DNA of 64,000 bases from Balanoglossus misakiensis (taxonomy: Eukaryota; Animalia; Hemichordata): contig CM082578.2 of NCBI GenBank assembly GCA_040954595.2, positions 6,123,519-6,187,518 of the forward strand. The letters are read 5' to 3'. The translations under genes and the position numbers were made by a program. The notes under the pieces are model-generated. The model had not been told where the DNA came from. It worked only from the letters and a program-made list of their open reading frames with translations, and made no database searches. This document shows, piece after piece, positions 61,601 through 64,000 of the stretch; positions within the stretch are counted from its first letter, which is position 1; the number at the start of each line of letters is the position of its first letter.

Positions 61601-63842
61601 GGAGGTGACCGTATACCTTTAATACTATACCTTGTAAAAAAATTCTTGTTTGATTTTAAAAGTTTCAGTTTTTTTAGCTGCCAAAATAATAGATTTTGAA
61701 ACCATTATTATAGTGAAATAAATTGAAGTAGTATATATTCCTTCAGATTTCTGCCAACACTTCCCATCTGTGGCTAAGCACACTACTCAAATGGACAGTC
61801 TCTGTACATATTGAATGACTTTCCTTCCAAACAAGGTCATGGAAAACTGAGATGAACGCAGTTCTTTTAATTTGCATAAAATTGTTACGTTCAGCCATCA
61901 CTTGAGTGCAGAGTGTTTGCTCTAAATTTAGACGGTGTCCAGATAGGCTGTTCCAACAATTGCACACTATAGCCCTGGAGCTAAATTACACGTGAATGAA
62001 TGTGAAAGTCATCTACAACATAGTTTTGGGGGGTGGGAAGTTAAAATGTATAGGCCAGCACGCAGTAATATCGGCCGTTTTCCCAGTGTTTTGACTGACT
62101 GTGCGTGCTATTGAGGCTTGGACGCGCATGTACTGGCCGGGTGGGCTGCTCACCAAGGGGCGATTGTCGCCCCTTGAACTTGTTACAAGGGGCGATTCAA
62201 GTGTAAAAGAGGGGGAATCGCGCGTCCTGGAGATCGAGAAAACACTGCTGGTTGTCGCACGCATGGTAGCCCAATCGGGCTACCACTGGTGTCAAATTGG
62301 TAGCCCGATCGCAAACATTGGTAGTCTGTGGACGCGGGGCTACCGCGAATTTCGAGCCCTGTCTTCTATGATACGTAACCTCACTGCATACATCGATCCC
62401 CAAGCTTGAAATTTTCCATTTTGTCATCGTTGCATATTTTTTTTCTAACAAATATTTTCTCACAGATCAGTGTGGGTTGTAACTCCACCACAGCAAGTTC
62501 CACCATACACCCAGTTCAACTGTCCTACTCCACTGATCACGGAGTCACCTGGTCTTACCTCGTGCCGCAATGTCTACCCTATGATCCACAATGCAATGGT
62601 GCAGTCAGACAATCCAGTCTCTATTTTACTAACCAAGGGTGGAGGAAAGTTGTGATAAAACTGCCTGAAAAGATATTGGAGAGGTAATTATAAAATATCA
62701 AAACAGATATTTTGATTGGATTGTTTCCACTTGAATGAAAGAAAATATTCCTGATGACGGCCTTTATAACATTTAATAAATACAAATGCTTATGTACAGC
62801 TCTGAATCTGTGAAAAAAGAGAATAACAAGGTAATGACAGTAAATGACAGTGATAATTGGAAATCTCAAAATTGGATAATTCTACCAGTTACAAAAGATG
62901 AATGTAGTTATGGATGAAAATGTGTATTTTGTAGTTCTGTATGTGATCTCTTCTTGAATCACCAAACTTTACTATTGTGAATTCATGGTTGAATATGCAA
63001 TCGCCGCATACAGCTACAGTGCCACTGACGCTATTTTCCCCCCCTTCTTGCAGACCTGTGAGATTCAGATGGTGGCAGGAAGGAACCGCATCCAGCTCAT
63101 CCACATACCCGCATTGGGCGCTAGACGATGTCTTCATTTCACAGCCCTGCACCGACGACTGCAATGGACACGGACTGTGTGATTACCCACAGTGCATCTG
63201 TGATGATGGTTTCTACGGCGATAACTGTGAACTGCAGGTCACCCGGCTACCAGTAAGGGGGTTTCTACCACAACATAGTTGTTTGTGTTGTTGTCATGTC
63301 TTGATTGTCACGTTCACACCAATCACCAATTTTTGGAAGAGCTTAAATTGTAAAATCTGCAAGGGCAAATTGAAATTTAAAGTGAAAACAGATGTGTTTT
63401 ACAATGTTCTTTTTGAGATCTTTTAAGTACTGCAGTGATGAATTTTTATCAGTGTGACATTAACTAGGACTAGTCTAATAATTTAAAAAAACAATATTTA
63501 TTCTAGACCACTTAATCCCATCATTGAAAACCATCTTGTGATCATTCTTAACTAATTTTTGGAAAATAATGATTAAATTAAAATACACATTACCACATAA
63601 CCAAATTGAAACTTCACAGGCAACAAGCTTTAAAAAGTGTTGTTCTTGTTTGAATTTCAGACGACGATCAAAGATCGTTTTGAAGCGACCACACTAGCAT
63701 CCTGGTGGGCCATAGTGCAGGGAGGGGACATTGTCAACGGGAGATACAGCTGTGGTGTGCTTCGTGAGGAATCCTCTCTCTATTTCAGTGGATATGGCAT
63801 CCGACAGGCAGAGACGGTCGATCTGGATCTTAGAGGGGCCAG
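28431..63842 (+). CDS. RELN: Reelin, CDS span within window (48 coding exons, ~2961 codons; 3' partial)
   Basis: Signal peptide, reeler domain (SPYFFMC...[20 protein letters not shown]), repeated BNR/Asp-box motifs (YSxxxGxxW), TRFRWWQP and WAIDD motifs, and seven EGF-like modules. All exon phases close consistently. Repeat 8 and the C-terminus lie beyond the window. Confidence 0.96.
32919..33156 (+). CDS. RELN: RELN exon 2 (reeler)
   Basis: [15 protein letters not shown]...[13 protein letters not shown]. Confidence 0.92.
33933..34036 (+). CDS. RELN: RELN exon 3
   Basis: [23 protein letters not shown]...VK; donor G|gtcagt chosen by phase. Confidence 0.8.
34323..34395 (+). CDS. RELN: RELN exon 4
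   Basis: [23 protein letters not shown]. Confidence 0.88.
34538..35812 (+). mobile_element. Second HINE/DINE-1-like element, in RELN intron 4
   Basis: 5' subterminal gggggcacaagc (34558-34569), about two diverged units of the same satellite (marker at 34635), (GAA)n ~35725-35745, 3' hairpin tgggggcacaagc...gcttgtgccccca (35774-35810). Confidence 0.72.
36607..36755 (+). CDS. RELN: RELN exon 5
   Basis: [24 protein letters not shown]...[13 protein letters not shown]. Confidence 0.9.
37446..37542 (+). CDS. RELN: RELN exon 6
   Basis: [17 protein letters not shown]...WHLIDKV. Confidence 0.88.
37907..38147 (+). CDS. RELN: RELN exon 7
   Basis: [18 protein letters not shown]...CWALDNV...[11 protein letters not shown]. 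Confidence 0.92.
39020..39180 (+). CDS. RELN: RELN exon 8
   Basis: [14 protein letters not shown]...TSRDINL. Confidence 0.9.
39499..39650 (+). CDS. RELN: RELN exon 9
   Basis: [23 protein letters not shown]...GNVRFYFAM. Confidence 0.9.
40255..40370 (+). CDS. RELN: RELN exon 10
   Basis: [18 protein letters not shown]...YQAYR. Confidence 0.9.
40683..40891 (+). CDS. RELN: RELN exon 11
   Basis: [22 protein letters not shown]...WAVDDF...[10 protein letters not shown]. Confidence 0.92.
41241..41369 (+). CDS. RELN: RELN exon 12
   Basis: [22 protein letters not shown]. Confidence 0.9.
41918..42027 (+). CDS. RELN: RELN exon 13
   Basis: [23 protein letters not shown]. Confidence 0.9.
42354..42423 (+). 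CDS. RELN: RELN exon 14 (EGF 1)
   Basis: [22 protein letters not shown]. Confidence 0.9.
42591..42827 (+). CDS. RELN: RELN exon 15
   Basis: [10 protein letters not shown]...[12 protein letters not shown]. Confidence 0.92.
43312..43473 (+). CDS. RELN: RELN exon 16
   Basis: YLQFTIRLG...YSCNGGIVW. Confidence 0.92.
43817..44053 (+). CDS. RELN: RELN exon 17
   Basis: VVTIWLP...QFRWWQP...WAIDDI. Confidence 0.92.
44697..44827 (+). CDS. RELN: RELN exon 18
   Basis: [18 protein letters not shown]...LVMGCG. Confidence 0.9.
44981..45155 (+). CDS. RELN: RELN exon 19
   Basis: [24 protein letters not shown]. Confidence 0.92.
45575..45712 (+). CDS. RELN: RELN exon 20 (EGF 2)
   Basis: [10 protein letters not shown]...[22 protein letters not shown]. 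Confidence 0.92.
45935..46035 (+). repeat. Dispersed CTATAG-rich repeat, copy 1
   Basis: Shares aagggtccaaaact(a/g)catagaaat..atagatgtcca with 56180-56346. Confidence 0.6.
46173..46359 (+). CDS. RELN: RELN exon 21
   Basis: [10 protein letters not shown]...[14 protein letters not shown]. Confidence 0.92.
46736..46941 (+). CDS. RELN: RELN exon 22
   Basis: [10 protein letters not shown]...[12 protein letters not shown]. Confidence 0.92.
47150..47309 (+). CDS. RELN: RELN exon 23
   Basis: [22 protein letters not shown]...WALDDI. Confidence 0.92.
47412..47625 (-). mobile_element. 3' fragment of an L2/CR1-group LINE
   Basis: Minus-strand peptide [18 protein letters not shown]...[14 protein letters not shown] is the typical L2/CR1 ORF2 C-terminus, followed by a short 3' UTR and a (TTGA)n tail at ~47413-47425. 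Confidence 0.8.
47708..47881 (+). CDS. RELN: RELN exon 24
   Basis: [12 protein letters not shown]...KRFAVTE...IIQFK. Confidence 0.9.
48464..48699 (+). CDS. RELN: RELN exon 25
   Basis: IVIGCG...[15 protein letters not shown]. Confidence 0.92.
49147..49298 (+). CDS. RELN: RELN exon 26 (EGF 3)
   Basis: KIQFRWWQ...[22 protein letters not shown]. Confidence 0.92.
49752..49956 (+). CDS. RELN: RELN exon 27
   Basis: PSCVSTT...[13 protein letters not shown]. Confidence 0.9.
50525..50769 (+). CDS. RELN: RELN exon 28
   Basis: [10 protein letters not shown]...[11 protein letters not shown]. Confidence 0.92.
51115..51297 (+). CDS. RELN: RELN exon 29
   Basis: [17 protein letters not shown]...ALYFNSDE. 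Confidence 0.92.
51393..51666 (+). CDS. RELN: RELN exon 30
   Basis: [12 protein letters not shown]...[11 protein letters not shown]. Confidence 0.92.
51854..51994 (+). CDS. RELN: RELN exon 31 (EGF 4)
   Basis: [10 protein letters not shown]...[11 protein letters not shown]. Confidence 0.92.
52141..52315 (+). CDS. RELN: RELN exon 32
   Basis: [10 protein letters not shown]...[14 protein letters not shown]. Confidence 0.92.
52481..52540 (-). mobile_element. Isolated 3'-hairpin remnant of the element family at 2353-3886
   Basis: ttaggtcccatttggtata...tataccattggaaccttatgggat matches the reverse complement of 3840-3886. Confidence 0.65.
52577..52859 (+). CDS. RELN: RELN exon 33
   Basis: [12 protein letters not shown]...[11 protein letters not shown]...TRFRLWQ. 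Confidence 0.92.
53317..53512 (+). CDS. RELN: RELN exon 34
   Basis: [15 protein letters not shown]...WLFFPG. Confidence 0.92.
53810..53909 (+). CDS. RELN: RELN exon 35
   Basis: [33 protein letters not shown]. Confidence 0.9.
54208..54434 (+). CDS. RELN: RELN exon 36
   Basis: INVGCSE...[11 protein letters not shown]...LHIC. Confidence 0.92.
54638..54858 (+). CDS. RELN: RELN exon 37 (EGF 5)
   Basis: NVRFRWYQG...[22 protein letters not shown]. Confidence 0.92.
55305..55455 (+). CDS. RELN: RELN exon 38
   Basis: [14 protein letters not shown]...[12 protein letters not shown]. Confidence 0.92.
55779..56037 (+). CDS. RELN: RELN exon 39
   Basis: [10 protein letters not shown]...[12 protein letters not shown]...EWALDQ. 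Confidence 0.92.
56180..56346 (+). repeat. Dispersed CTATAG-rich repeat, copy 2
   Basis: Similar to 45935-46035; ends tttttgcagggg. Confidence 0.6.
56586..56868 (+). CDS. RELN: RELN exon 40
   Basis: [17 protein letters not shown]...[15 protein letters not shown]...LCY. Confidence 0.92.
57481..57649 (+). CDS. RELN: RELN exon 41 (ends in a GC donor)
   Basis: [13 protein letters not shown]...IPLPPYT; AG|gcaagg. Confidence 0.88.
58145..58285 (+). CDS. RELN: RELN exon 42 (EGF 6)
   Basis: [41 protein letters not shown]. Confidence 0.92.
58587..58770 (+). CDS. RELN: RELN exon 43
   Basis: [10 protein letters not shown]...[14 protein letters not shown]. Confidence 0.92.
58816..59000. mobile_element. 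TTAA-TSD MITE (Kolobok-like AGG ends), copy 1
   Basis: TTAA|aggtatacggtcacc ... ggtgaacatatacct|TTAA; homologous to 61445-61618. Confidence 0.8.
59325..59518 (+). CDS. RELN: RELN exon 44
   Basis: [13 protein letters not shown]...FSTNGGISW. Confidence 0.92.
59928..60327 (+). CDS. RELN: RELN exon 45
   Basis: [24 protein letters not shown]...WAIDNV...SVLQFK. Confidence 0.9.
60772..62361. mobile_element. 1.6-kb non-autonomous DNA transposon with 16-bp TIRs and 5-bp TSD (hAT5-like or unclassified)
   Basis: tcttc|cagggctcgaaattcg ... cgaatttcgagccctg|tcttc; subterminal ggtagcc/ggctacc repeats at both ends. Confidence 0.8.
61445..61618. mobile_element. TTAA-TSD MITE (Kolobok-like), copy 2, nested in 60772-62361
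   Basis: TTAA|aggtatacggtcacct ... aggtgaccgtatacct|TTAA. Confidence 0.82.
62466..62683 (+). CDS. RELN: RELN exon 46
   Basis: ISVGCN...[20 protein letters not shown]. Confidence 0.92.
63054..63252 (+). CDS. RELN: RELN exon 47 (EGF 7)
   Basis: PVRFRWWQ...[22 protein letters not shown]. Confidence 0.92.
63661..63842 (+). CDS. RELN: RELN exon 48
   Basis: TTIKDRFE...[30 protein letters not shown]. Confidence 0.92.
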
Positions 63843-64000
63843 GTATGACTACGCATATATTGTAGAGTCTTTGTGGAAATGTTGCTCAATTGCATGCTTA
63901 GCTTTATTGGGGGAGGGGTATAAAAATAGAATTTGTCATAAGAACAAATTGCTGTACATGTACAAATTTGTGATATGTTTGGGTATACTATTTATTTTGG

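Noticed and set aside
62013-62463. GC-rich ORFs of 83-102 aa as a transposase
   Set aside because: They lie in the subterminal region of a non-autonomous element and show no DDE or zinc-finger motif
1-64000. tRNA, rRNA or snRNA genes, and prokaryote-type defence or retron-like RT systems
   Set aside because: None recognised by eye; the only RT is a standard LINE ORF2. A tRNAscan-SE/Infernal run would be needed to exclude small RNAs formally.

Overview
AT-rich, intron-rich animal genomic DNA, probably an invertebrate deuterostome such as a hemichordate or echinoderm (the taxon is inferred from gene content and repeat style, not established). There are three host genes. An LHFPL3/4/5 (TMHS-family) tetraspan gene on the minus strand lies head-to-head with a complete 10-coding-exon ORC5 (455 aa). 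Reelin (RELN) follows on the plus strand; I traced 48 coding exons in one continuous frame (about 2961 codons: signal peptide, reeler domain, reelin repeats 1 to 7B), and it runs off the window end. This is the same gene order and orientation as the human 7q22 RELN-ORC5-LHFPL3 block as I recall it. Between ORC5 and RELN is a young L1/Tx1-clade LINE with a stop-free ORF2 broken by a 5' inversion; the target-site duplication, A-tail and a 10-nt breakpoint duplication are all visible, which is the twin-priming signature. Introns hold many non-autonomous elements: two HINE/DINE-1-like elements sharing a 239-bp AGGTCA-rich satellite, MITEs with TTA, TA, TTAA and 5-bp TSDs, and an L2-type 3' fragment. 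The main biological observations concern this Reelin: it keeps the dimerisation cysteine but appears to lack both ApoER2/VLDLR-binding lysines and both vertebrate cleavage loops, and it has one GC-AG intron. I found no CRISPR, rRNA or tRNA, and no wholly new multi-gene system that I can support. All coordinates were read by hand, and vertebrate comparisons are from memory and need alignment checks.
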